Of a stretch of 64,000 bases of DNA, positions 16,267 through 24,820 are shown piece after piece. This DNA is from an uncultured Verrucomicrobiota bacterium (lineage in GTDB: Bacteria; Verrucomicrobiota; Kiritimatiellia; RFP12; UBA1067). The first letter of the stretch is position 1, and each line of letters starts with the position of its first letter. The stretch is taken from positions 4,254 to 68,253 of the forward strand of contig CAMOCC010000002.1 of NCBI GenBank assembly GCA_946610035.1. Direction: 5' to 3'. The position numbers and the translations under genes were made by a program. The notes beneath the pieces are model-generated. The model did not search any database. It was not told where the DNA came from and saw only the letters and a list, made by a program, of their open reading frames with translations.

Positions 16267-18233
16267 GCATAATAAGGCTGATAGTGGAGGACTTGAACCG
16301 CAGGAGGCGCCACGGCGGGATTCTCCTCGTCGTGACGGTGGCGGTGGTTTGGATTGTCGCGGTCGGGTTCATGCTGGACAGCTACAGGAGGCTTTGGAGG
16401 CTGACGGACGAAGTGGGGGCGAGCCACAGGTACTGGCAGGACCTCTCGGAGGTCGGAATCGAGTTCAGGGAAGGGTCCGACAGGCTCACGCTCGAGGTGA
16501 CGCGGTACGTCCTCTTCGAGGACATCAGGTACATGCGCGCCTACTTCCACGAAGCCGACGTGACGCGCAGCCGCGAGCACGCGCTGGAGGCGCTGAAGGA
16601 CGTGCCCGGGTCGGAGCCGCTCGCCGAGGCGCTCGACAGGGGAATGGACGAATCCGTCCGCCTGATGGAGACCGAGTTCCACGCAATGCGGCTGACGGCG
16701 GCGGCGAGCGGGGTGGACGAAGCGGCGCTCCCGGAGAAGCTCCGCAACTGGAAGCTGACCGACGAGGAGAGGGCGATGGACGCCGACGCAAAGCGCAAGC
16801 TCGCCGGGCGGCTCATCTTCGGCAAGGAGTACAACGACGTCAAGGAGCGGATCTGGCGGGCGGCGTCGGAGCCGTTGAAGGAGCTGCTCTCGAGGGTCCA
16901 TGTGAGGTACGACAAGTTCACGGGCGACATCGTCTTGTGCCGCCGCCTCAACATGACGTACACGATCATCTGCATAGTGATGCTGCTCCTGAGCTTCTAC
17001 GGCGCGATGAGGGTCGGGCTTCTGCGGTTCAAGTCGAAGGAGAGGCAGATGCTCGCCGCCGTGATGCGCGAGCGCGACGCGGCGGTTGCGGCCGAGAAGG
17101 CGAAGGACTACTTCTTCGCGTCGGTCTCGCACGACATCCGCTCGCCGCTCAACTCCATCATCGGCTTCTCCGAGCTGCTCAGGCGCGGGGACGCGACCGG
17201 GAGCGAGCGCGAGATGTACCTGGAGGGCATAGAGACGTCAGGCAAGCAGCTCCTGGAACTCATAAACGACGTCCTCGACCTGGGCAAGATCGGTGCGGGC
17301 AAGATCGTCCTCAAGCCGGAGCCGGTGGACGTCCTGCGCCTCGTCTCGGAGGTCGTGAACGTCTTCCTCCCGCAGGCCCAGCACGCGGGGTTGACGATAT
17401 CCTCCTTGCACACGTCCGAGCGGCACTTCCCGTACCTCGACAGGATGCGCTTCCGCCAGGTGCTGATGAACCTCGTGGGCAACGCGGTCAAGTATACGGA
17501 GAAGGGGGGCGTCGACGTGACGGTCGAATGCGACGAGAAGACTGGAAGCCTCGTCATCGCCGTGCACGACACCGGGCGCGGCATTTCGCCCGAGGACAAG
17601 GAGAAGCTCATGCAGCCCTACGTCCAGCTCTCGCACGCCGACGGACGCAAGGGCACGGGGCTCGGGCTCGCCATCTGCCGCCAACTCGTCGAACTTATGG
17701 GCGGGCGCATAACCATCGAAAGCGAGCTGGGCGTGGGGAGCGTGTTCACCGTCCGGCTGGAACGCGTGCGCTTCGCGGACGGCGAGGACCTCGCGAGGCT
17801 TCGCGCCGAGGCGGCGTCGTACTCGGAGAGGACGGAGCGCCAGATCGACGCCCACGACCCGGCCATCGCGAAGCTGCGCCTCCTGGTGGCGGACGACATG
17901 CCGCTCAACATAACGGTGCTGAGGCAGATGCTCAAGCGCTACGGGATAACGAAGGTCGTCGCGGCGTCCAACGGACGCGCGGCGCTGAACGAGCTGAGGG
18001 GCGACGGCGCGGCGTTCGACCTCGTGTTGACGGACATGTGGATGCCCGAGATGGGCGGCGAGGAGTTCATCCGCATAGTGCGCGCAGACCCTGAGCTGAA
18101 GGACATCCCCGTCTACGCCGTCACGGCGGACGTCGAGATCCTCAAGAACTACCAGGATCTGGGATTCACCGGGACGCTGCTGAAGCCGGTGACGTTCGAG
18201 GCCCTGGCAAAGATACTTTCGTCGGTAATATAG
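16263..18233 (+). CDS. hybrid sensor histidine kinase (2 TM sensor, HisKA, HATPase_c, REC)
   Basis: I place the start at ATG 16263 (ATGA overlap); the upstream part of track ORF 15102 is an overlapping frame. H-box FFASVSHDIRSPLNSIIG, HDTGRGIS, GTGLGLAICRQL, receiver LLVADDMPLN..DLVLTDMWMPEMGG. Confidence 0.85.
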   Translation: MSIIRLIVEDLNRRRRHGGILLVVTVAVVWIVAVGFMLDSYRRLWRLTDEVGASHRYWQDLSEVGIEFREGSDRLTLEVTRYVLFEDIRYMRAYFHEADVTRSREHALEALKDVPGSEPLAEALDRGMDESVRLMETEFHAMRLTAAASGVDEAALPEKLRNWKLTDEERAMDADAKRKLAGRLIFGKEYNDVKERIWRAASEPLKELLSRVHVRYDKFTGDIVLCRRLNMTYTIICIVMLLLSFYGAMRVGLLRFKSKERQMLAAVMRERDAAVAAEKAKDYFFASVSHDIRSPLNSIIGFSELLRRGDATGSEREMYLEGIETSGKQLLELINDVLDLGKIGAGKIVLKPEPVDVLRLVSEVVNVFLPQAQHAGLTISSLHTSERHFPYLDRMRFRQVLMNLVGNAVKYTEKGGVDVTVECDEKTGSLVIAVHDTGRGISPEDKEKLMQPYVQLSHADGRKGTGLGLAICRQLVELMGGRITIESELGVGSVFTVRLERVRFADGEDLARLRAEAASYSERTERQIDAHDPAIAKLRLLVADDMPLNITVLRQMLKRYGITKVVAASNGRAALNELRGDGAAFDLVLTDMWMPEMGGEEFIRIVRADPELKDIPVYAVTADVEILKNYQDLGFTGTLLKPVTFEALAKILSSVI

Positions 18234-18245
18234 CCTTTAGGACGG

Positions 18246-18274
18246 TTCACACCGCGCCCTTGTTATGGTATAAT
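18246..18274 (+). promoter_or_regulatory. promoter TTCACA-N17-TATAAT with TGG extension
   Basis: TTCACA at 18246-51 and TGGTATAAT at 18266-74, in the only sizeable intergenic gap (18234-18333) of the supercluster. Confidence 0.5.
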
Positions 18275-18333
18275 ATCCGTGATGCGCGGTTTTGCACCGA
18301 TACCGAAGCGGCTGAAGCGGAGAGGAGATGTAG

Positions 18334-20013
18334 ATGGCCGAAGACGACAACGGGAAGATGCAGGTTCTCATGCTGGACGACGAGCGGCTCGTCCGGTTCA
18401 CCATTGGCACGTATCTGAAGGCATCCGGCTTCAACGTGCACGAGGCGTCGACGCCCGACGAGGCGATCGGCATACTCCGTCGCACCCAGATCCACGTAGT
18501 CGTGTCCGACGTCAGCATGGGCGACGTGGACGGCTTCATGTTCAGGGACATGGTCCGTTCCTTCAACGCCGACATCCCCATCGTCTTCCTGACGGCGATG
18601 GTGAACGACGAGAACAACGCCTTCATGTCGAAGCTGACCGACGACATACGCTCCTACTACGTCTCCAAGTCGGCCCCGCGCCATGTGCTGGTCACGAGAA
18701 TCCAGCAGGTCTCGGAGTTCTACCGCGCGAGGATCGGGCTCGAGCGCTCGCGCGACGCCCTGCAGAAGAGCCTCAGGCTTGCGAGCTGCGTCCAGAAGTC
18801 GATGCTCCCGTACTGGGCGAGCGTAAGCCGCCAATACGCCTACTCATGCCGCATCCGCGCATTCGAGTCAGTCTCCGGCGACCTCATGGAGTGGTACCGC
18901 CCGACGGAGACGACGGCCCTCGTCATCTTCGGCGACGTCTCCGGCCACGGGACGAACGCGGCGCTCGCGATGACGGCGATCCAGGCGTTCCTCAAGCAGT
19001 TCAAGCACATCGAAGTCTCCATCGCGAGGCGCGTCCACCACATCGCCTCGCTCATACACGAGTTCATATCCGCGAACTTGAGGGATGTCGCGTACATGGC
19101 CGCCACGATCGTATACGTCGACTTCGAGGCGTGCCGTTGCCGCTACCTCAACTGCGGCAACCCCGAGCCCTACATCTCGCACCTTGGGGACGGGGCGCGG
19201 CGGATCGTCAACAAGGAGGCGAGGGGCGGACTGCCGCTCGGGCTCATGCCGGACGCCGAGTACCACGATTCCGACGTCGTGGAGTTCGACTTCCATCCGG
19301 GCGACGCCTACGTCCAGATGTCCGACGGCATATACGACGTATCCAGCGACCCCGGCGGCGAGAGCCGCATCCCCGACGACATCGTCGACGAACTCGTCGC
19401 CATCACTATACGCGACCAGCCGTCGAAGGGCGAGTTCCTGTGCGAGCTGCCATACCGTCTCTTCGGCGCGATCTACGACATGGGCTTCACGCACCAGCAG
19501 GACGACATGTCGGTCTGCGTCTTCTCGCCGTTTGCGAAGACGGACGGGCGGACGTACTTGCACCGCGTGAGGATGCAGCCCGGGAAGATCGACACCGTGA
19601 GCCACTCCGCCGGCGTATGGGTGGCGGACAGGTTCAAGTCCGACGAACTGGGGGTGAAGGCGGAGCTTCTCCTGAACGAGCACCTCATGAACATCTACCG
19701 CCACGGCTACGACGCCTTCGAGAAGCAGCGCGAGGTGTGCATAATCGCGATCCGCGAGGACCTTGGGACGATGCAGGTCAGCGTCTGGGACAGGGGCGCG
19801 CCGTGGTCGCAGATCGCGTCCTCGTCGTACTCCGCCGCCGAGGCGAAGCTCGACGAGCAGAACGAGGCGCTTGCCGCGAACGGACGCGGGCAGGCGATAA
19901 TGAAGAAGCTCACGCAGAGCATCAGCCGCGTGAGGACCGCGGGGTTGAACAGGACGGTGTTCACGTTCGCCCTGCCCGAGGAGTATTTGAAATCCAGTGG
20001 CGACAAATCGTAA
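18334..20013 (+). CDS. response regulator with PP2C-type (SpoIIE/RsbU) phosphatase and C-terminal RsbW/SpoIIAB-like kinase (HATPase_c_2) domains; HsbR-like
   Basis: REC: VLMLDDERLV..VVVSDVSMGDVDG. PP2C: SGDLMEWY..FGDVSGHGTNAAL..MSDGIYD. Kinase-like: NEHLMNIYRHG, VWDRGAPW, NGRGQAIM. Confidence 0.82.
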   Translation: MAEDDNGKMQVLMLDDERLVRFTIGTYLKASGFNVHEASTPDEAIGILRRTQIHVVVSDVSMGDVDGFMFRDMVRSFNADIPIVFLTAMVNDENNAFMSKLTDDIRSYYVSKSAPRHVLVTRIQQVSEFYRARIGLERSRDALQKSLRLASCVQKSMLPYWASVSRQYAYSCRIRAFESVSGDLMEWYRPTETTALVIFGDVSGHGTNAALAMTAIQAFLKQFKHIEVSIARRVHHIASLIHEFISANLRDVAYMAATIVYVDFEACRCRYLNCGNPEPYISHLGDGARRIVNKEARGGLPLGLMPDAEYHDSDVVEFDFHPGDAYVQMSDGIYDVSSDPGGESRIPDDIVDELVAITIRDQPSKGEFLCELPYRLFGAIYDMGFTHQQDDMSVCVFSPFAKTDGRTYLHRVRMQPGKIDTVSHSAGVWVADRFKSDELGVKAELLLNEHLMNIYRHGYDAFEKQREVCIIAIREDLGTMQVSVWDRGAPWSQIASSSYSAAEAKLDEQNEALAANGRGQAIMKKLTQSISRVRTAGLNRTVFTFALPEEYLKSSGDKS

Positions 20014-20028
20014 ATCAAGGGGGGATAA

Positions 20029-20343
20029 ATGAAGGAATGCATAAAGGAATGGCTGCTGAAGCAGATGCCGGAAATGGACGACGACACGCTCGGCGCGATA
20101 TACGAGGAGTACCGCGACAGCGCCGTGAGGCTGTGGGGCGACCTGAAGGCGAATGTTTCGTCCGGGGGCGATCCGGTCGCGGCGGATCGTCTGGCGCACA
20201 CCCTGAAGGGCAGCGCGGCGACCGTGGGCGACAACGCCGTCTTCGAGGTCGTCCAGGGCTGGCGCGAGGCCGTGAAGGCCGGCGACACCGCCCGAGCGGG
20301 CGAGCTGTGGGTGAAGATCGAACCGCTCATCGAGGCGATTTGA
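20029..20343 (+). CDS. histidine phosphotransfer (Hpt) protein
   Basis: 104 aa with the motif AHTLKGSAATVG. Confidence 0.8.
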   Translation: MKECIKEWLLKQMPEMDDDTLGAIYEEYRDSAVRLWGDLKANVSSGGDPVAADRLAHTLKGSAATVGDNAVFEVVQGWREAVKAGDTARAGELWVKIEPLIEAI

Positions 20344-20380
20344 TCCTGCGTGGAGCGAAGAAGGAGTTTAATTCGACGGT

Positions 20381-21121
20381 TTGAACAAGAGAGCCAGAGA
20401 GGGGTCGGCCGCGGTGGCCGGTGCGGATCTGACGGACCTCGTCCGCCAGCTTGAGCGCCGTACGCGTCTCAGCCGAAGCAGCAGATTCCGCCTGGCGATG
20501 TGGAACGCCACGGTCCGCGGCGCGTATTTCGTGAAGCGGGCGTTCGACGTGTTCGTGTCCGGCGGCCTCATGCTCCTCCTCTCCCCGGTCTTCCTGGCGA
20601 CGTACCTCGCCATAAGGCTGACCTCTCCAGGCCCTGCGTTCTTCTCGCAGACGCGCGTCGGGCGCTACGGGCGCCACTTCAAGTTCTGGAAGTTCAGGTC
20701 CATGAGGATCGACGCGGAGTCGATGAAGAAGTCGCTCATGTCCGAGAACGAGTCCGGCGACGGAGTCATATTCAAGATGAAGAAGGATCCGAGGATAACG
20801 CCGGTCGGGCGCTTCATCCGCAAGTTCTCCATCGACGAGCTGCCGCAGCTGTGGAACGTCCTCAAGGGCGACATGACGCTCGTCGGGCCTCGTCCGCCCG
20901 TCCCGTCCGAGGTCGCCGAGTACACGCTCGAGGACCGCAAGCGGCTCAACGTCATACCGGGGCTGACGTGCACCTGGCAGGTTTCGGGCAGGAGCGAGAT
21001 ACCGTTCCGCGAGCAGGTCAGGCTCGACAAGGAGTACATCCGGACGCACGGATTCTGGAACGACCTCAAGATCCTGGCCAAGACGGTTCCGGCGATCCTC
21101 ACAGGAAGGGGGGCCTACTGA
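20381..21121 (+). CDS. small phosphoglycosyl transferase (bacterial sugar transferase, PglC/WbaP C-terminal type)
   Basis: KRAFDVFVSG..., FKFWKFRSM, KMKKDPRITPVGRFIRKFSIDELPQLWNVLKGDMTLVGPRP. Start uncertain: TTG 20381, GTG 20414 or ATG 20498. Confidence 0.85.
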   Translation: MNKRAREGSAAVAGADLTDLVRQLERRTRLSRSSRFRLAMWNATVRGAYFVKRAFDVFVSGGLMLLLSPVFLATYLAIRLTSPGPAFFSQTRVGRYGRHFKFWKFRSMRIDAESMKKSLMSENESGDGVIFKMKKDPRITPVGRFIRKFSIDELPQLWNVLKGDMTLVGPRPPVPSEVAEYTLEDRKRLNVIPGLTCTWQVSGRSEIPFREQVRLDKEYIRTHGFWNDLKILAKTVPAILTGRGAY

Positions 21122-22830
21122 TGAAGGCCATAATCGTACCTTACGCATACATGTCCAAGTGCCTGTGGGCGCGCAAGGTCTTCCCGGACCGCTCGATCGC
21201 CTCGCTGCCGATCGCCGACAAGTGCCTCATCTACTACCAGCTCGACGAATGCGCGAAGCACGGCATAAAGGACGTGCTTATACTGGACTGGGGATTCGAC
21301 GCTGTATTGGCGGACAAGCTGGGCGACGGTTCGAGGTGGGGCCTGAACCTGACGTACACTGGCGTGTCGTCCGGTGGCACGCTCAAGTCCCAGGTGATGC
21401 GCCACTCCGAGTTCATGGACGGCGATAAGATCGAGTTCTACTTCGACAACGAGGTCGGCGGGCGCTGCATCGACTCGCTGGAGGCGTACTACAGGGCCAA
21501 CATGGAAGTCCTCGCGAACCCGGGCGGCCTGACGCTTCCCGGCTACTCCTCCGAAGAGGGCGTCCACGCCGGGATGAACGTCGTAATGAAGCCTGGCGTC
21601 GAAGTCGAGCACCCCGTCCTCCTCGGCGACAACTGCCGGCTCGAGCGCGGCGTCTGCGTGTCCTCGTCGACCATCGGCTGCGGGGCCGTCGTCGACGAGG
21701 GAACACGCATCTACAGGTCCGTAGTGTTCCCGAACACCTACATCGGGCGCGACCTCGACCTGGACGGCAAGATCGTCGTCGGCAACCGCGTCATAAACCC
21801 GAGGACGGAGGCCTACATCGACTCCGACGACCAGGGCGTCGCCAGCAGCCTCGACGCGCACTTCATGGCGGTGCCGAAGCCGGTGCCCTACGAGGAGCTC
21901 GCGCCCCTGCACTACACGGCGAACGGCGATGCGGCCGTGGACCACCAGGTCGCCCTCGCGCTCTCGGAGCTCGCGCTGGACATCGCCTCGCTGAGGCTGG
22001 ACAAGGTGGTCGCGGTCGTCCTCGGCGGCGGGTACGGACGCGGCGAGGGCGGCGCGCCGTTGAACAACGACCTCGACTTCTTCGTCCTTACGGACCGTGC
22101 GAACGAGGACGAGAAGGGCAAGATAAAGATCCTTCTCGAGACGGCCGCCATAAGGTACCACGACGAACTCGGCGTTGACGTCGACTTCTGCCGTCCGAAG
22201 AACGTCCAGGAGTTCAAGAAGGACGAGCGCCGGTTGATGATGCAGGAGCTGATAAGGGGCCACGTCGTCATCTACGGCGACGAATCGAGCCTTTCGTTCA
22301 TGAGGCCGCGCCCGCCGACCGACCTCCCCCCGACCGAGGCGCTCCGCCTGCTTGTGAACCGCGGCATGGGCCTCGCCCTCGCGCGCTATTCGCGCGACAG
22401 GGGATTCGTCAAGCGCAACATCAACAAGGCGATACTCGGCGTCGGCGACGCGATCCTCATCGCGGAGGGCAGGTATGCGTGGGACTGCCGGACGAGGATG
22501 CGGCTCCTGGGGCGCGAGGACTACACGAAGGCCGTCGAGTTCAAGTTCGACCCCAGGAAGGACTTCGTCCCGTCGTGGGAGGCCGGCTACGCCGTGTGGC
22601 GCGAGGGCGTGGACAGGGTGTGCGAGCTGTGCGGACCGGCCCTGACACGGCGCGGAGTGCGCCACGCGCTGCGCTGGCTCGCCAGGCGCAGGACGCTCGG
22701 GGATCTTTCGACGTTCGGATGCGATCCGCTCTGGAGGATATTCGTCCCGCTGGAGCGCCTGCTTGCGATCGGACGCGCCGGCCCGAGAATACCCGATTCG
22801 CTCGTGCACGATTGGATGACTTTCAATTAA
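21121..22830 (+). CDS. two-part protein: sugar-nucleotidyltransferase-like fold plus hexapeptide beta-helix (N-terminal), Pol-beta-type nucleotidyltransferase-like domain (C-terminal)
   Basis: I place the start at ATG 21121, sharing one base with the upstream TGA. LbH repeats around GMNVVMKPGVEVEHPVLLGDNCRLERGV. C-terminal LGGGYGRGEGGAPLNNDLDFFVLTD matches the G-x-G...D-x-D NTase pattern. Confidence 0.5.
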   Translation: MKAIIVPYAYMSKCLWARKVFPDRSIASLPIADKCLIYYQLDECAKHGIKDVLILDWGFDAVLADKLGDGSRWGLNLTYTGVSSGGTLKSQVMRHSEFMDGDKIEFYFDNEVGGRCIDSLEAYYRANMEVLANPGGLTLPGYSSEEGVHAGMNVVMKPGVEVEHPVLLGDNCRLERGVCVSSSTIGCGAVVDEGTRIYRSVVFPNTYIGRDLDLDGKIVVGNRVINPRTEAYIDSDDQGVASSLDAHFMAVPKPVPYEELAPLHYTANGDAAVDHQVALALSELALDIASLRLDKVVAVVLGGGYGRGEGGAPLNNDLDFFVLTDRANEDEKGKIKILLETAAIRYHDELGVDVDFCRPKNVQEFKKDERRLMMQELIRGHVVIYGDESSLSFMRPRPPTDLPPTEALRLLVNRGMGLALARYSRDRGFVKRNINKAILGVGDAILIAEGRYAWDCRTRMRLLGREDYTKAVEFKFDPRKDFVPSWEAGYAVWREGVDRVCELCGPALTRRGVRHALRWLARRRTLGDLSTFGCDPLWRIFVPLERLLAIGRAGPRIPDSLVHDWMTFN

Positions 22831-22846
22831 GGAGACTCCCTGCTAC

Positions 22847-24820
22847 ATGGAAGAGGAACTGTCAGAATACGAGATTGAGCACCTGAGGAGGCTTTCGGTC
22901 CTGCAGAGGACCGCCGCCGCCATATTGATGAAGTGGAGACGGCTGCTCGTCACCGTCTTCATCCTAACCGGCGCGGTGTTCGTGATGTACCTTGCGCTCC
23001 ATACCGCCCGCAGCGTCCACCGCTTCGACGCGGATACGCGGCTTCTGTTCACGCCGCGCACCACGCCGGGCATCGAGTCGGTCTCGGACCGCCAGCTAAT
23101 GTCCATCATCGACCGCAAGTCGCTGAAGCGCAAGGTCGGCGAGCGCGTCAGCATGCCGCAGAAGGAGCGCGAGTGCCTGACGCTCGACATGGAGGTCAAG
23201 CAGGGCAACAAGCAGACGAACCTCTTCTCCCTCAAGGCCCGTTCGTCGTCGTGGGTCGGCGCGGTCAAGAAGGTCAACGCATACGCGGAGATCCTCATCG
23301 ACGAATACGAGCAGTACCGGCTCCAGGACCTCGAGAACTGGAGGGAGTCATTTGTCATCAGGCGTGCGGAGCTCGCCGACAAGCTGGCCAAGTTGGAGGC
23401 GGAGCAGAGCCTTGTGCGCGGCAATGGCGGCACGTCCGCCCCCGTCGAGGCGCTCGCCGCCGTCAACCAGATCATCTCCGACCAGCGCATGAGACTCTCC
23501 GCGATGAGGCTCCAGATGGGCAACGAGAAGATGAAGGTGAAGAAGCTGGAGAAGCTCATGGGCGCCAACGGCGCGGCGATGACGGCGAACACCGCCGCCA
23601 TAAGGAAGCGCAACGAGGAGATTGCGTCCGTCGACCGCGAGCTCGCGGCGCTGAGGGAGCTTTACACGGACATCAACCCGAAGGTCATCGGCAAGCTGGA
23701 GGAGCGCGCCGAGCTCGTCAAGTCTTTCTCCGAGTTCCTCGAACAGCACGGAATAGAAGGCCTAGACCTGGACGACCTGGACAAGCTGGACAGGGCGGCC
23801 GAGTCGCTTTCGGAGTCGCGCGCGAGGCTCGAGGTCTACGAGGAGAACGCGCTCACGCTTGAGGCCCAGATCGATGCGAACGAGAAGAGGGCGGGCGAAA
23901 TCGCCGTGCAGATTCCGGCGTGGGACCGCCTGAAGCTGCAGAGGGCGGACATCGACACGTCCATGCGCGAGATCGATGACCAGCTCGGGCGCATCGCCTA
24001 CCTGAAGACCGTCATCAGGTCGGAGCTCCGCCAGATCGAACGCGCCGGCGGCGCGGGCGACGCGGAGGGCCCTCTGTCCATCAAGACGTTCATCTACGCC
24101 TTCGTCGGCACCCTCTTCGCCACATTCGGCGTCGCATTCTGGATACTCGCCCTCGAGCTCATGTTCGGCAAGGTCTGCGGCGGGCGCGAAATCAAGGCCC
24201 ACGACGACATCTACTTCGCGGGATCCGTGCCGAAGCCGGGCGTCATGGGCGAGGAGGAGGCGAACGAGGCGACGGGCATCGTCGTCCTGAAGCTCATCGG
24301 GGCGGACGTCCCGAACAAGATCGTCTTCGTGTGCCGCCTCCCAGGCACGACGATACCGCCGAACTTCATTGAGTCCCTCGAGTTCTCGGCCACGATGTCC
24401 GGCAAGTCCGTCTACTTGATCGACGTCGTGCCGGCATCCTCCTTCGAGCCTCCGGAGGGCGCGGAGACGATGATCAGCGTCGTGCGCGGCGACAGGATGG
24501 GGTGGTTCCCCGTCGCCAACCGCTTCGCGCTCGCGCCGACGGAGCTCCAGATGCTCAACGCCGACCTCGAGACGCTGAAGTCCAAGTACGACATGATATT
24601 CATCCGCACGCCGGACGGCGTCCGCCGCGGAGGGTCGTTCTTCGACCAGATGCTCGGCGTGTGCGACTGCGCCATGCTGGAGATCGGCCACTACACCACG
24701 CCGAGAGGCTGGTTCTCGTACGTCGCCTCCCACGTCCGCAAGGCCGCGAAGCCCATGATCGCCTTCGTGACCGGTGCGCCCGCGAAGACGGTCCGCCGCG
24801 AAATGGAGAACGTCAAATGA
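22847..24820 (+). CDS. polysaccharide co-polymerase (Wzz/Wzc/GumC-like) with a degenerate C-terminal P-loop domain
   Basis: Two TM helices flank a long coiled-coil region. The C-terminal domain has YLIDVVP and YDMIFIRTPD where Walker A' and B are expected. There is no GxxxxGK[ST] and no C-terminal Tyr cluster. Confidence 0.55.
   Translation: MEEELSEYEIEHLRRLSVLQRTAAAILMKWRRLLVTVFILTGAVFVMYLALHTARSVHRFDADTRLLFTPRTTPGIESVSDRQLMSIIDRKSLKRKVGERVSMPQKERECLTLDMEVKQGNKQTNLFSLKARSSSWVGAVKKVNAYAEILIDEYEQYRLQDLENWRESFVIRRAELADKLAKLEAEQSLVRGNGGTSAPVEALAAVNQIISDQRMRLSAMRLQMGNEKMKVKKLEKLMGANGAAMTANTAAIRKRNEEIASVDRELAALRELYTDINPKVIGKLEERAELVKSFSEFLEQHGIEGLDLDDLDKLDRAAESLSESRARLEVYEENALTLEAQIDANEKRAGEIAVQIPAWDRLKLQRADIDTSMREIDDQLGRIAYLKTVIRSELRQIERAGGAGDAEGPLSIKTFIYAFVGTLFATFGVAFWILALELMFGKVCGGREIKAHDDIYFAGSVPKPGVMGEEEANEATGIVVLKLIGADVPNKIVFVCRLPGTTIPPNFIESLEFSATMSGKSVYLIDVVPASSFEPPEGAETMISVVRGDRMGWFPVANRFALAPTELQMLNADLETLKSKYDMIFIRTPDGVRRGGSFFDQMLGVCDCAMLEIGHYTTPRGWFSYVASHVRKAAKPMIAFVTGAPAKTVRREMENVK

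Noticed and set aside
18279-20384. 701-aa plus-strand ORF overlapping the REC-PP2C-kinase and Hpt genes.
   Set aside because: It is an alternative frame with an Arg/Gly-rich nonsense-like translation. The 18334 and 20029 frames carry the clear domain motifs.
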